NCBI GenBank assembly: GCA_951406725.2
Contig: OX597825.1
Location: 80,414,001-80,478,000, forward strand
Direction: 5' to 3'
Length of the DNA stretch: 64,000 bases
Origin: Octopus vulgaris
Lineage: Eukaryota
Shown: piece after piece, positions 25,705 through 39,132 of the stretch
Layout of the letters: each line of letters begins with the position of its first letter
Position numbering within the stretch: the first letter of the stretch is position 1
Notes under the pieces: generated by a model
The model's input: the letters and a program-made list of their open reading frames with translations, nothing else
What the model was told of the DNA's origin: nothing
The model's database searches: none
Translations under genes and position numbers: made by a program

Positions 25705-26477
25705 GGTAACTTCACTGGTGCTGGTGCAACGTAAAGTACACCCAGCACATGCTGTAAAGTGGTTGGCATTAGGAAGGGCCTCCAGCCACAGAAACTAGGC
25801 CAAAGCAGAATACTAAAGGTCAAGGTCGTCCTCTGGCTCCTCAAATCCCATGAAACCAATTTCAGTATGGAAAATGGACATAAAATGATGATGATGATGA
25901 TGATGATGATGGTGATATGTTTAATCACACACACACACACACATACACACACACACACGTTAAAATCAAGCTATATTCTTCTATTGCAAAGGCATTTGTG
26001 CTCAAATTACACACGTTCTGAAGTTAACATCTCATGTCATGCTTCTTTCCTGCTCTAGACGGAGGTTTTAATATCATGTGACGACAAGAATTTCAAGTGC
26101 TTAACAAGCAGTTCCACAATCCCATAATTGCAGATTTATAAAACAATTTACAAAACCACCACCACCACCACCACCACTCTCTCTGCCGCCACGACTGCTG
26201 CTGCCACCACCACTATCACCACCACCACCACCACCACCACTATCACCACCACCACCACCACCACCACCACGCTGTCATTATGAAAGCCACTGTCATCAAG
26301 CTAATGAAAGTGTTTGTGTGCATTTGCTCTATTCCAAACAATAATCAAAACTAAATTAAAGGAATCGGTTTGCTGAGAGAGGTGCTGGCATGGCAGTGTG
26401 GTTAAGCAGTTTGCTTTCCAACCATGAGCTCTTGGGTTTGTATGGATGATGTATGTGTGTGTGTGTGTGTTGCCAGT

Positions 26478-26825
26478 ACTTCCTAACGCCAACCACTCCA
26501 AGAGTGTAGTGGGTGCATTTTACGTGCCAGCAGCATGAGAGCCTGTCAGGCAGCACTGGCATTGACCACGCTCAAATATTGCTTTTTACATGCCACCGCC
26601 AGGGGGGCCTGTGAGGCGGAACTGGCATTGACCACACTCAAATGGTGCTTTTTATGTGCCACCAGCATGGGAGCTTGTCAAGAGGCACTGGCACTGACCA
26701 TGCTTGAATGGTGCTTTTTACATGCCGCCGGCACGAGGGCCTGTCAGGTGGCACTGGCACTGACCATGCTTGAATGGTGCATTTTACGTGCCACCGGCAC
26801 GAGTTCCAGCCAGGTGGCACTGGTA
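26478..26825 (-). mobile_element. RTE 3' UTR with 60-bp tandem repeat, ~5 units
   Basis: Unit of the type tttacgtgccaccggcacgagggcctgtcaggtggcactggcactgaccatgcttgaatggtgc. Confidence 0.85.
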
Positions 26826-27776
26826 TGATAAATATATTTTTTTTAGTCTACGATAAATAAATGCTAAATAAATTTGGTGAAAGATGGAAGTGTAGCTGAG
26901 CACTGAAAGTTGTGGTTCTGCCATATTCCAACGAAGTCTGGCAGAAGAAAAACCCTTCAAGGATGATGATTCCAAACAAACTAAATGGCAGCTTGTTGTG
27001 ACAAGTTGATGCAAATCATCTTAATCTCTTTGTATAATTGTTAAAAACATGCATATACATATATACACATAAACATATACACAATCATGTGTATACACAC
27101 ATATACAGACAAACAGCCATGTGCATATATACATGTGCAGCCACATGCTTACGCACATACACACGCACGATGTAAAAGACAAACGCATTTATCTTAATTA
27201 ACGCATAAAACCGAAAGATATAAAAGAAATATTTTACCAGAAAAAGAAGAATTATTGAGAATAAATAACCAATAAATGAGATTTATTTTACATTATTTTT
27301 AATTTCATTCCGAAATCTAGCTGTAACATGGTAGTTCGTTAATTCCAATTAGAGATTATGCAAATAATTCAATATTTAAACGAGGGGAAAATAATTTAAT
27401 TTAATCACAGACTAAAGGCTGAAATGGAAAATGAGGATTTTGTTGTCAAGGAATTGTTGTTTCACATTGATAAATTGATGTTGTTGTTGTTTTAACGTCC
27501 ACTTTTCCCTGCTTGCATGGGTCAGATGGATTATGTTGATAACCTACATAAGTTTCCAAGCGAGGTAATATCTTCCCCATGGCCAGACATATTTTTCACA
27601 GTAGATTCGAAAAGAATGACATCGTTTATATGATTGTGATGGTCATTTATAGCCATCATTTGATGGCCAAGAGAAGAGTGTATAGAGATATAATGTGTGT
27701 ATGTGTGTGTGTGTGCGCATATTGTTAAAGTGTTGTCAAATACCTTTTGGTATATGTTCTGATTCCCTATTGTGTT

Positions 27777-28250
27777 CATCATCATCATCGTTTAATGTCC
27801 GCTTTCCATGCTAGCATGGGTTGGACGATTTTCACTGAGGGCTGGCGAACCAGACGGCTGCACCAGGCTCCAATCTGATCTGGCAGAGTTTCTACAGCTG
27901 GATGCCCTTCCTAACGCCAACCACTCCAAGAGTGTAGTGGGTGGTTTTTACGTGTCGCTTGAATCTTTTTACATGTGCCACTGGCACAGGTGCCAGTGAA
28001 GCAACGTTGGTAACGATCACGCTCGAATGGTGCCCTTTCATGTGCCACGGGTACAGAAGCCAGTCGGCTGCTCTGGCAACGATCATGCTCGGATGGTGCT
28101 CTTGGCACCCTACTAGCACATGCACAAGTGCCAGTAAGGCAACACTGGTAACGATCATACTCAAATGGTGCCCTTTTATATTCCACTGACACTGAAGCCG
28201 GTTAGCCGCTCTCTCAACGATCACACTCGTATGGTGCTCTTTGCACCCCG
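27777..28250 (-). mobile_element. RTE 3' UTR and tail with internal tandem subrepeats
   Basis: (CAT)n-cgtttaatgtccgc..., repeated aacgatca.gctc..atggtgc units. Confidence 0.85.
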
Positions 28251-28325
28251 GGTTCAAATTCCACTTAAGGTCAACTCTGTCAACCAACCTGAGACCAACT
28301 CCAGTTCTAAGACACAAATCTCCTG

Positions 28326-28715
28326 CTTAACTCTTTGAATACCAACTCCTGAGATTCTGCTGATTCAATGATGCAAACCTCCTAATTAAAACAAGCTTAA
28401 TTAAAGCCTCCCATCAAAATTTAATACTAATTTATGTTCCAAACATCAGCTTAATAATAACAACAAATTTATTCTACTAAATTCTTTATTATTTCCTAAA
28501 TTAATTGAAACAAAAGCAGTGCATTTCAACAGGAATGTGGTAACAAAAGAATTAAAGTTTTCTGGATCAAAACATTCCATTAAAACTCCATATTAATTTC
28601 CATTCCAAACACCAACTTAATAATGGCCAAGTTATTTTACATAGTACAACATTATTCTAAAAATTTATTGAAACAAAACTATTGCATTTCAACAGAATTA
28701 TGGTAGCAAAAGCAA
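28326..28715. mobile_element. Decayed TTAA MITE with partial tandem copy, same family as 55143-55372
   Basis: Shared aatttatgttcc...tactaaattcttt...catttcaacagg..tggtaacaaaa. Confidence 0.6.
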
Positions 28716-29059
28716 CCAGTTTGGAATGGTGCCATAGGTGGGGACTGTAGCATGAAATTCCATGCAGGACCTCTTCTGGTTCTTTGTATTCTAATGTCAA
28801 TACTTAGTGTGAAGCTGTTATAGATTTGCTTTTCCAATGGACAACACATACCCACACATGTGCAATGCGTTTCTTGCATTTTCTGGAAAAAATCTATACT
28901 TACAAGAATTTAGTTGGACCAAGGCTATAGAAAACACTTGCACAAGGTACCATATAGTGGGGCTGAACCGAAAACCACATGGTTGGGAACCAAACATCTT
29001 ATCCACACAGACATACCACGTGTGTATCATTGGCAATTTTTTTTTTCCTCCATCTTCCC

Positions 29060-29225
29060 TTCTTTGGACTTTTCCTTTTTCAATATTTCTGACAAAGAGC
29101 TCCACTTGAAACGTTAAATCCTCCTTCATTCTTTCCTTCCTGAGCGTCCAATAACACTATACTTGTTCCACGTCCTCATGTTGTTGCGTTTTCTCTTTGT
29201 GTTTTCATGTTTGGATTAACTTTAA
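29060..29225 (+). mobile_element. Penelope-like terminal fragment with CpG-decayed type I hammerhead
   Basis: ATTT-CTGACAA-AGAGCTCCACTT-GAAAC-GTT-AAAT at 29085-29119. Confidence 0.6.
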
Positions 29226-29232
29226 CTATATA

Positions 29233-29484
29233 TCATCATCATCATCGTTTAACGTCCGTTTTCCATGCTAGCATGGGTTGGACGGTTTGACCGGGGTCTG
29301 GAAAGCCAGGAGGCTGCACCAGGCACCAGTCTGATCTGGCATTGTTTCTACAGCTGGATGCCTTTCCTAATGCCAACCACTCCGTGAGTGTAGTGGGTGC
29401 TTTTTACGTGCCACCAGCACAGGTGTCAGGGGAGGCTGGCAACTGCCACGATCGGATGGTGCTTTTTACGTGCCACCAGCATGG
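29233..29484 (-). mobile_element. RTE 3' tail
   Basis: Family tail; same subtype as 30500-30913, 31436-31680 and 34731-35085. Confidence 0.85.
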
Positions 29485-29536
<52 letters not shown>

Positions 29537-30499
29537 GAGATGAAATAGTGTCTGTGAAAATGTAAGATACTCTTAAAAGCAGCACCAAAAGGCAAAATAC
29601 AGTTGTAAAAGACCTATTCAAAGAATATGAAATGGCAGAGCATGGAACTTTTCTTGGAAGAACAGCTGCAAACCGTGTTCATTTGACTATTAAGTAAACA
29701 AACTGCGATAACTTTGAGATGTTACCATCTTTAAGTATATAATTTTATTGTCTTTTAATGAGGCATTCTTCATATTTTGTCTCCACTTTTGAATTATCCA
29801 TTTCATAAGAATTAAATTTCATTAAAATTTGGTGTAAATATTTTTCACAAGTAATGCACGAAACCATTATTCTTTGAATATTTTCTTCACTTTTTATTTT
29901 CATAGAATATTTTCACAATATTTTGGCAAGAAACCAAAAGATTAGGTTAAGGTACAGAAAGAAAAAAAAAAGAAAAGAAAAACCTAAACAAACAGCAAAA
30001 TCTTGAAATATGACTCAGAATATTTTGATTATAAATTCATGTTTCAATGGGCAAATATTTTCTCAGACAACTGAAAGGCTTAGAGATGTTGAAAGCTAAG
30101 ATATCTCACAATCCTCAAGAATCTCTAAGGCTGGTATTTAATTTCATTTCCTGTAGAATCAAATAAATGAGAGATAAATCCTACCCTGGATAGGATGCTA
30201 GTCTACCACAGGACTACACAGAAGGAAAAGAAGGGGGTTTACAAATTCAAAAGATGTTGAATGACAGAAAGCCAAGTTTTTAAGTATTCAGATTACTTTG
30301 TCAAATTTAATGTTCATTGATTGACATTGTTTTAAATTAATTCTGTATTATCTTCTTTGAGATTTTGATGATGTGATTGTTTTTACTTTTAGAATGGAAT
30401 TGTAGAGTAGGTGTGAGAGACTATATCTGGCCAATTTGAACATAAAACAGGTGAAATATTTAGGCCAGGTAAGGTTAGTTTAAATGCTGAACGTTTAAA

Positions 30500-30913
30500 G
30501 AATTGAATATCATAGTTGTGATACCTGTGCCGTTGGCATGTAAAAAGCACCAACCGATTGTGGCCACTGCCAGCCTCCCCTGGCACCTGTGCCGGTGGCA
30601 TGTAAAAAGCACCATCCAAATGTGGCCAATGCCAGCGTTGCCTTGACTGGCTTCTGTGCCAGTGGCATGTAAAAAGCACCAACCGATTGTGGCCGCTGCC
30701 AGCCTCCCCTGGCACCTGTGCCGGTGGCACGTAAAAAGTACCCACTACACTCACGCAGTGGTTGGCATTAGGAAGGGCATCCAGCTGTAGAAACACTGCC
30801 AGATCAGACTGGAGCCTAGTGCAGCCTCCTGGCTTCCCAGACCCCGATTGAACCGTCCAACCCATACCAGCATGGAAAGCGAACACTAAATGATGATGAT
30901 GATGATGATGATG
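30500..30913 (+). mobile_element. RTE 3' UTR and tail
   Basis: Repeated gtgccggtggca.gtaaaaagcacc units, then a (GAT)n tail. Confidence 0.88.
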
Positions 30914-31435
30914 ACAGGAAAACAGGACAATGGGAAGAAGTTCCAGAGCAAGAATCGGAGTAAAGAAGCTGTTAGAATAAAAGAATTTATGACAAAACAG
31001 GAAACTCAACAGAGAAAAAGTATTCAAGTAAAATTCTAATGTTTCCCTCCACTTGGCAGTGTGGAATCGGTAGCAGAGAAGACTGGTATTGTTTCCAAGA
31101 GAAGATTGTATTATTCAATTATTTGCTTAAAATAAAGCTGCATAAATGCTGAAGGTAAACCCCAGCTTTTCTTAGCATTCTGTTTGTCTGTTAGCATTCC
31201 AAGGCATTTCCGAGTATGTGTGGTGTAATTCTGTAGACTCGGTTAATCTTATGGCAGCTTTGGAAGAAAACAAAACAAAACAAAAAACAAACAAAACAAA
31301 ACCGGATGTAATTATGATGAAGAGAGTTTAATCAACACCATTCCAGAGAAAATGGACATAATGATGGAATAACAGTGTGAAATAAACGAGAATAAAAAAC
31401 AAATCTATTATTTAAACCAATAAATGATGATGATG

Positions 31436-31680
31436 ATCATCATCATTGTTTAATGTCCGTTTTCTGTGCTAGCATGGGTTGGACGGTTTGACCAGGATCT
31501 GGGAAGCCAGAAGGCTGCACAAAGCTCCAGTCTGATCTGGCACTGTTTCTACAGCTGGATGCCCTTCCTAATGCCAACCACTCCATTAGTGTAGTGGGTG
31601 CTTTTTACATGCCAACAGCACAGGTGCCAGGGGAAGCTGGCAGTGGCCATGATTGGTTGGTGCTTTTTTACATGCTACAT
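31436..31680 (-). mobile_element. RTE 3' tail
   Basis: Family tail sequence. Confidence 0.85.
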
Positions 31681-33319
31681 TGGAATGAAAATTGATGTAG
31701 AATTTTTAACAGGTGAGTGTTGATTAAGTTTTGAACCTGGAACAAACGACATTTGTATCACCTCTTCAATGAAACAAATAACAGCAACAACTAATAATAA
31801 TTATTTGCTCTAATTTTGGTACAAGGCCAGCAAATATGAAGGGAAGGGCAAGTTGATTACATAAACCCCAGTACATGACTGGTACTTTATTTTATTGACC
31901 CCCAAAAGGATGAAAGGCAAAGTTAGCCTTTGGTGCAATTTGAACTTAGAACATTAAGAGCTGGAAGACAATGTTTCTAAGCATTTCTTCTGATGAGGTC
32001 ATGATTCGGTCAGCTCACCACCTTAACAATAATAATCCTTTCTACTATAGGTACAAGGCCTATAATTTTGTGGTGGTGGTGGTGGTGGTGGTGGTGGGGC
32101 AGTTGATTACATTGACCCCCAAGTTGTATTCTTTATGTGAATTCAACTGGTAAGATCAGCCGTGATGGATATTTAATACATTTTGGGTAATATAACCACT
32201 TTACTGGCAGATATATGAGTGCATCGTGTCCCTGACTTATTAACTCTTAGATGACTCATGCGTGTGTATGTATACTTATATGTGTGTGTGTGTATATACA
32301 TATGTATATATGTGTATGTGTGTGTATATACATATTTATATATGTGTGTATATATATATGTGTGTGTATATATACATATTTATATATGTGTGTATATATA
32401 TATGTGTGTGTGTGTGTGTATATACATATTTATATATGTGTGTATATATATGTACATATGTGTGTGTAAATATATATATATATATATGTATGTATGCATG
32501 CATTTTTATATAAACGCACACACATATAGCCGATATCCTGGTATTATATTGCAGACTTTGAACAGCCAAGTGGTATTATTCACAGCACAATCTGAGAGAT
32601 GTGTTGGCTAGGAGTGCCAAATCCAAAATTTCCTAAAGCATAACAAAGAAAGAAAAACAAACCCAAAAACCAACAAAAAACAAAACAAGAAAATAAAACA
32701 GGGCAGACTAATTTCTTGTCCTGATGAGTGGGCAGAGATAGCAATCAACTTGTAAGTGTTGGAAAACCAAGAGACAAGTGCAGGAACAAAGAAAAAGTAA
32801 AGGGGAAAATACTGACTCAATGCTTCAATTTGTGTCATAGATTTGAGGGGAAAATGTGCGATGCAGGTTCAAATCCTGATTCAGCCATTTTCATTTGCTT
32901 CTTCTGACTGTATTCAGTAAACATTGATCTGAATGGATGATTCTACAGACACAAAATGATTTGATTGGCTCTTACTCCAAACAACAGCAATGACAAATTA
33001 TTTGGTCAGTACACTGCTTTTTCTACATTATATTGTGGGGGGGGGGGAGGCTCTGAAAGGGGGAGTAGTGTCTCTGCCTTCCTGAGCTAGTTTTCTTAAA
33101 AATCATGGTGGAGGCCTTCGTCTCAGGACCACTCATATCTAGAAACCGAGATTGGGGGTAAGCAAGGGCATGCTCCCTGTAGAAAATCCTGCTATGAAAA
33201 AGCCACATGATAATAGCAAAGGTTGAGTGGGCTGTACCTGCCTACCTGAAAAAGGAAGGTGTAAACCCTCATCCTGGGTTGTACAAGTATAACTTGCCCT
33301 ATGATGGCCAAAGGCCTGA

Positions 33320-33530
33320 AGAGAAGCATACACCATCCATGTTACCTTGCCAGAAGACTTTATACCTATGTGCCTTGCCTGTGAGGACCCTAGCTGAAGC
33401 ACCTTTCCATCTTACCTCTTGTATGCAGCAGACATCAATCCATCTCCTTTCAAGTATCTCTACAATCTCACTAGACCTACCTTTCAGTGTGCCAACATTG
33501 ACAGTACCAACCCTGAAAACTGGGAAGGTA
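33320..33530 (-). pseudogene. RTE LINE APE endonuclease N-terminal fragment
   Basis: FRVGTVNVGTLKGRSSEIVEILERRWIDVCCIQEVRWKGASAR, matching the APE motifs N and QE. Confidence 0.9.
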
Positions 33531-34730
33531 ATGTGGGGTGAGGTTTGGGGAGGAGGGATGTAATTCAGTGCCTGAAAAGAAGAGGGTTGTTGTGGTGTTC
33601 GTTTATATATATATTTGCAATATTTAAAACAATCTTGGTACATCCTCAAAATTTATTTCATTGTACCAGTCTCCATATTCTTCATTGTTATAATTATTGC
33701 AAATAATCCAGTATTTAAAGGGAAATTTGGCAGGATGGTCAGTCGCCCGCTGACACTCGTTGACGCTGTATCGAAGGGGCCAGGAGACAAAAGAAAAAAA
33801 AAAGCAAGAAGAAATGCACTCAACACCAGAGCTGAAGACACCTCTGAAGCGGGGTGGGGCACTGCCACATCGAAAACGGTAAAGGAGTAGGGGCCCGAAA
33901 CTGGACGTGGTTCCTCCTGATGATGTCTTGAGCCAGTGGATCCTATAAAGGAGCTGTTGGGGTAGCAAACCACGAAACGTGGTTGGAATTCCTCCATAGA
34001 CCCCTCATAATATTATCATCCAGTGAAGCAATCATGGAATTACTACTAGGAGTCATAAATGTTAAATACTAATTGATGCCATTAGCAGGGGTGGCTGTGT
34101 GGTAAGAAGTTTGCTTCCTAACCAGATGGTTACAGGTTCAGTCCCACTGTGTTACATCTTGAACCTGAAACCATGTGATTGTAAAACAAGCTTCTAGTTT
34201 TTTTTTTTAATTATTTTTCACTTAAATTTTAATTTCTTCATTTAAATATTTTTTAATAAACTAAACTAGTTTTTTTATGCAAATATTAAAAAAAAAAACT
34301 CAACCATCCCACAAGATTACATTTCCCTAAACGTACTAACAGCGACCTAATTTGCATGACAGCATATCTCGTTGATAATAAGCAAACCTCCAGGTGTTTC
34401 ATTTCTTGATAGCAACAAAACATGATTATCTTTCAATGTGCAACTTCTCTTTTCAAAATAAATCTAATCATTTCCTCAAAGCTGAGTCACTAAAAATCTT
34501 CTTTCCCCCCTCACCACCTCCCCCATCTCCTACACACCATTAAGAGTATCTTCTTTTTTCTTTTTCTTCTTCTTTGGCAAAAACAAACAGAATCTTGATA
34601 GCAATAGGAATCTGGGTAGCGGGTGGCAAGAACATTTCTTTTATAAATCTTTATAATTTTTTCTTCCTTTTTTTATTTTTATTGCATTCAACATCAAACC
34701 AGACTTCCTTTCTAGATCATTCTAGATCAC

Positions 34731-35085
34731 TCATCATCATCATCATCATCATCGTTTAACATCCGTTTTCCATGCTAGCATGGGTTGGACGGTTTGACCA
34801 GGGTCTGGGAAGCCTGGAGGCTGCACCAGGCTCCAGTCTGATCTGGCACTGTTTCTACAGCTGGATGCCCTTCCTAAAGCCAACCACTCCGTGAGTGTAG
34901 TGGGTGCTTTTTACGTGCTACCGGCACAAGTGCCAGGGGAGGCTGGCAGTGGCCACGATCGGTTGGCGCTTTTTACATGCCACCAGCACAGAAGCCAGTC
35001 AAAGCGGCGCTGGCATTGGCCACGTTCGGATGGTGCTTTTTACGTGCCACCGGCACAGGTATCACAACTACAATTTCTATTTGGT
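34731..35085 (-). mobile_element. RTE 3' UTR and tail
   Basis: Near reverse complement of much of 30500-30913. Confidence 0.88.
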
Positions 35086-35416
35086 ATTTATTTTTGATAT
35101 ATATTCTCCTTTAAAATATTCATCATCAGATTTTAAAATGTTGGAACTAAGAATGCAGAGTGTGAAAAGGTGAGAGTTTAAAGAAATGATGATGCTGTGC
35201 ACTAAAATAGACAAATGAACTTAATCTACCATCATGGTAAAGGCGGTTCTAATGTACTCAATGTAATGACAAGAAAACATTAGTTCAACATCTATATTAG
35301 TTCAATGCAAGTAGGTGGGGAAAACACCTTTAGAATCTTAATTAAAATTAGAACTCACTACACACATGATGAGGAAGAAAACTTTAGTAAACAGGTGTGA
35401 ATATTATTTAAATCTA

Positions 35417-35860
35417 AGGCATTGAGCTGGCAGAATTATTAGCAGGTTAGGCAAAATTCTCAAAGACATTATGTTTGTCTTTTATGCTCTTAGTCAGGGT
35501 TAGGGTTCAACTTCCACTAAGGTCGACTTTGTCTTTTGGAGTCAATGAAATAAGTACCAGTTCTGTACTGGGGTTGATGTAATCAACTTACACCCCCTCC
35601 ACTCCTGAACTTGCTGGCCTTGTGCCAAAATTTGAAATCAATATTATTTAAATCTAAGGCAGAATCAAAAGTATGTCACACAAAATGCTGATCATTATTT
35701 CATTGATCTTTATGGTCTGAGTACAAATTCCCCCAAGGTTGACTTTGCCATTCTGTCTTTTGGTGTCAATGAAATAAGTACCAGCTGAGCACTGGATGGT
35801 CAATGTACACGACTAGAACCCACCCACCCACCCACCATTTCCGTCCTTAGTAGAAAGAAT
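35417..35860 (+). mobile_element. Two tandem decayed SINE B copies
   Basis: Both preceded by aatattatttaaatctaaggca (35400 and 35640). Confidence 0.75.
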
Positions 35861-36192
35861 TTTTATTGAGCTTCTGTGAAATTCTACAATTTAAAAACCA
35901 ATGACAGCCCTAGCTTTCCATCTTTCAGCTGAGTTTAATTCAGATCTCCACCCCTTTGTTACCCCTGCAGATGTTCTGGTTGTAGATTAGCCACACCGGT
36001 TTCACCAATCTAGAAATCCACCCTCTACCCCATAATTTTTATGACTATTGCTTCAGGTCCTAACTAGATTTATTTCCATGGTTTAACTTTCACTTTTGTT
36101 TTATTCATTCACATCAGCAAGAACAATTATTTGTAGTATATGCAAATTAAGCAAATAGAAAAAAATATCAATGAAACTAATTATAAACAAAG

Positions 36193-36391
36193 ACTCCTCC
36201 TCCTCATCATCATCGTTTAACGTCCGCTTTCTATGCTAGCATGGGTTGGACGATTTGACTGAGGGCTGGCGAACCAGATGGCTGCATCAAGATTGAAGCC
36301 TGGTGCAGCCATCTGGTTCGCCAGCCCTCAGTCAAATCGTCCAACCCATGCTAGCATGGAAAGCGGACGTTAAACGATGATGAGGAGGAGT
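36193..36391. repeat. Near-perfect palindrome of two RTE tails
   Basis: Arms 36193-36286 and 36304-36391, 17-nt spacer. Confidence 0.95.
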
Positions 36392-36399
36392 GTCAATAT

Positions 36400-37600
36400 A
36401 AAGAACAACTGAGGAAACATTCTAATTAACAGAACAATCACCATTCCAAATTATACTCCAATCCGACTAGACAGATCTTTTACAATAAGGGTGGTCTTAC
36501 AACACACATAAAAACTTGCATTCAGTAAATAAATACATTCGTAAACTAATCAAGAACGATTCTACACAACAGATACACAAGCTTTCAAAATATAAAAGAG
36601 CAACGTATTAAGCACGTTAATGTAATAAACAAACACACTACCATCATCAACGAACAGCAATAACATCTTAACATCTCCACAAGACATCATCTTCTATACG
36701 AGTAACACCTGGTTTTGAAATAGCACAGTTAATAAGAGAGATGACAATGTGATCAGTACCGAACTCCCTTTAGATCCTAAAGAATTTACACAAGCACACA
36801 GGTACCTGTTCTTCAAGCTTCACCTTCTGATCTTCCATCTAGCTACCACAACCATTTGCCAAACGATTCTCCAGCTTTTACTCAGACTAATTAACCTGAC
36901 AACAGCCTCGCACGTCAATGAAGAAAGTTAAAACAATCTTACAAACTTCCAAAAAATTACAATAGAAAAAGATCTATCAATAAAGAGGTTATCAACTGTC
37001 CAACAGCCATCAACGTAGACATGGCTGTACATTCAACAATATTGTTATAAATAAATAAAATAAGTATATTCTCGAAGGCGACATAAGAATGTAATTGTGG
37101 TTAGAGAACGGAAATAGCCATAACAACCAGTGACTTCCTCAAATAATACGCCAAAACCACAAATAACTGAAACAGAACTCAACAAAAAGAATAGGGGTAA
37201 TAATAAAAACAACCTTAGAAAACAGGAAAAAAGAAGGCAAATATTTGTATTCAGCATTAAGCACGAAACCAACAAAACATTCAGCAACAACAATGGTCAC
37301 ATCACAGCTCGTACATAATGACGATCTCGAGTAATATACCTCTGCACTACGACACCAAATACAGTCTTTTTCATAAGAATTAGGTAACAAAAAAAAAGAA
37401 AGAAGAAAAGCCCAAATACACTAAAAAGATAAGAGTATAAAATGAAAAATACCTTCCACCTAGATGATGAATTTGACCCTTTCATTCTACCAGACACCCA
37501 AAAAACAACAGGGAATCTAAAAACGATAGAGCCAAATTTATATCTAAAACACGTAGGGGCGGAAGGAGTCACTGCACTGGTTAACATACTGGAAAATACC
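36400..37600 (+). pseudogene. Highly decayed non-LTR (Jockey/I/CR1-like) ORF2 remnant
   Basis: IPNYTPIRLDRSFTIRGGLTTHIK (APE Y..R.DR..GG motif) near 36442 and LYLKHVGAEGVTALVNI near 37540; A-rich strand bias. Confidence 0.5.
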
Positions 37601-37849
37601 CAGAAATTGTTAAGTGGGCATCATACAAACCCATCACCTATGTACAATTTCATTTATCATAAGGTTAATCCCTAACATAACTAACCCCAGCTTCTCCAAA
37701 TCACAAAAGATTCGGAGCACCAAATAATTCACTAAGGACAACACAGAACTCCTCCACGTAATATTCTAACGATTTATTATGGACAATGGCACCTCAACAG
37801 AAAGCATTGGTTAGTGAACTACCCGTTGGACTTCCAAGACTATATAATC

Positions 37850-38050
37850 TTTTCTGCTATAGGCACAAGGTCTGAAATCTTCTGAGTGGGGTCAGTCGAT
37901 TACATCTCAACTTCTATGTATTTTGTCAACCCCGAAAGGAAGAACGGTAAAGTCGACTTTGGTGGTATTTGAACTCAGAACGTAAAGCCGAAAGAAATAC
38001 CGCCTAAACATTTTGTCCGACATGGTAACAATTCTGTTAGCACTTCGCTT
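37850..38050 (-). mobile_element. SINE family B
   Basis: tataggcacaagg...aagtcgactttggtggtatttgaactcagaacgtaa. Confidence 0.75.
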
Positions 38051-38599
38051 TCCCAGACCTATGTAATAATGTACAAAGAACAATACTTTCTGAACTTGTT
38101 TCCTTCGAATGGCGTACTCCAATGATTTACCCAACCACTCTTTAAGAACCCATCCAAAGTAGTCTTGATCTCTCCGACTTCTGTATTCTGCTATTACTCA
38201 AAGACAATAGAAAGAACTCATACAATGACCGTTTATGACGATGAATCATTAACTTAAATTCACAAAGAATTTGGCTCCAATAAGAAATACCATGTCTTGA
38301 ATTGGGACATCGTAAACTTATTAAAAGTTAAATATTAATTAGATGCGCTTCGACAAAAAGAATTTAAAATAACTGAGATTTAATAACAGAAACAGATATA
38401 AATAATCTTGGTACGATTTTATAATCTCCATTGTATATAAAAATACATTTGTCTGAGATAAAAACCACCCAAGATACAAAGATAAGGATAAATCCGTCTG
38501 CACTTCGTCTCTCTTTGGTTAGTAAGGGCAGATAACTGCCGAACTGTTACACCTGTACAGGGAAAATCCAACACATAGGTGTAATTAATTGACGTGATT

Positions 38600-38679
38600 A
38601 CACACATACGTGTGTGTGTGTGTATACATATATATAAACACACATGCGTATGTGTATATATATATATTACACATACGTT

Positions 38680-38712
<33 letters not shown>

Positions 38713-38902
38713 GCACATACACACACGTGTCTATATATATATACACACACATAGTGTGAGTATATATATATACACATGTGTATATATATATATAAAAACA
38801 CGTGTATATATATATATATATATATATCCACACACACACACATGTGCATATATATATACACATACACACGGGTGTATGTATACATATACACACACACGGG
38901 TG

Positions 38903-38938
<36 letters not shown>

Positions 38939-38982
38939 TACGGGTGTATATATATATATATACATGTACACACATACAAACG

Positions 38983-39024
<42 letters not shown>

Positions 39025-39030
39025 CAAACG

Positions 39031-39070
<40 letters not shown>

Positions 39071-39132
39071 CAAACGGATGTATATATATATATATATACA
39101 ATTAAGCACATTCGGGTGTATATATATATATC
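38600..39132. repeat. Compound (TA)/(CA) minisatellite with catacaaacggatg cores
   Basis: Visible tandem units. Confidence 0.9.

Noticed and set aside
26784-27014. Non-repetitive 76-aa ORF or possible exon
   Set aside because: No recognisable homology and weak splice signals.
35493-35506. Telomere-like agggttagggtt
   Set aside because: Only two units; expected by chance.
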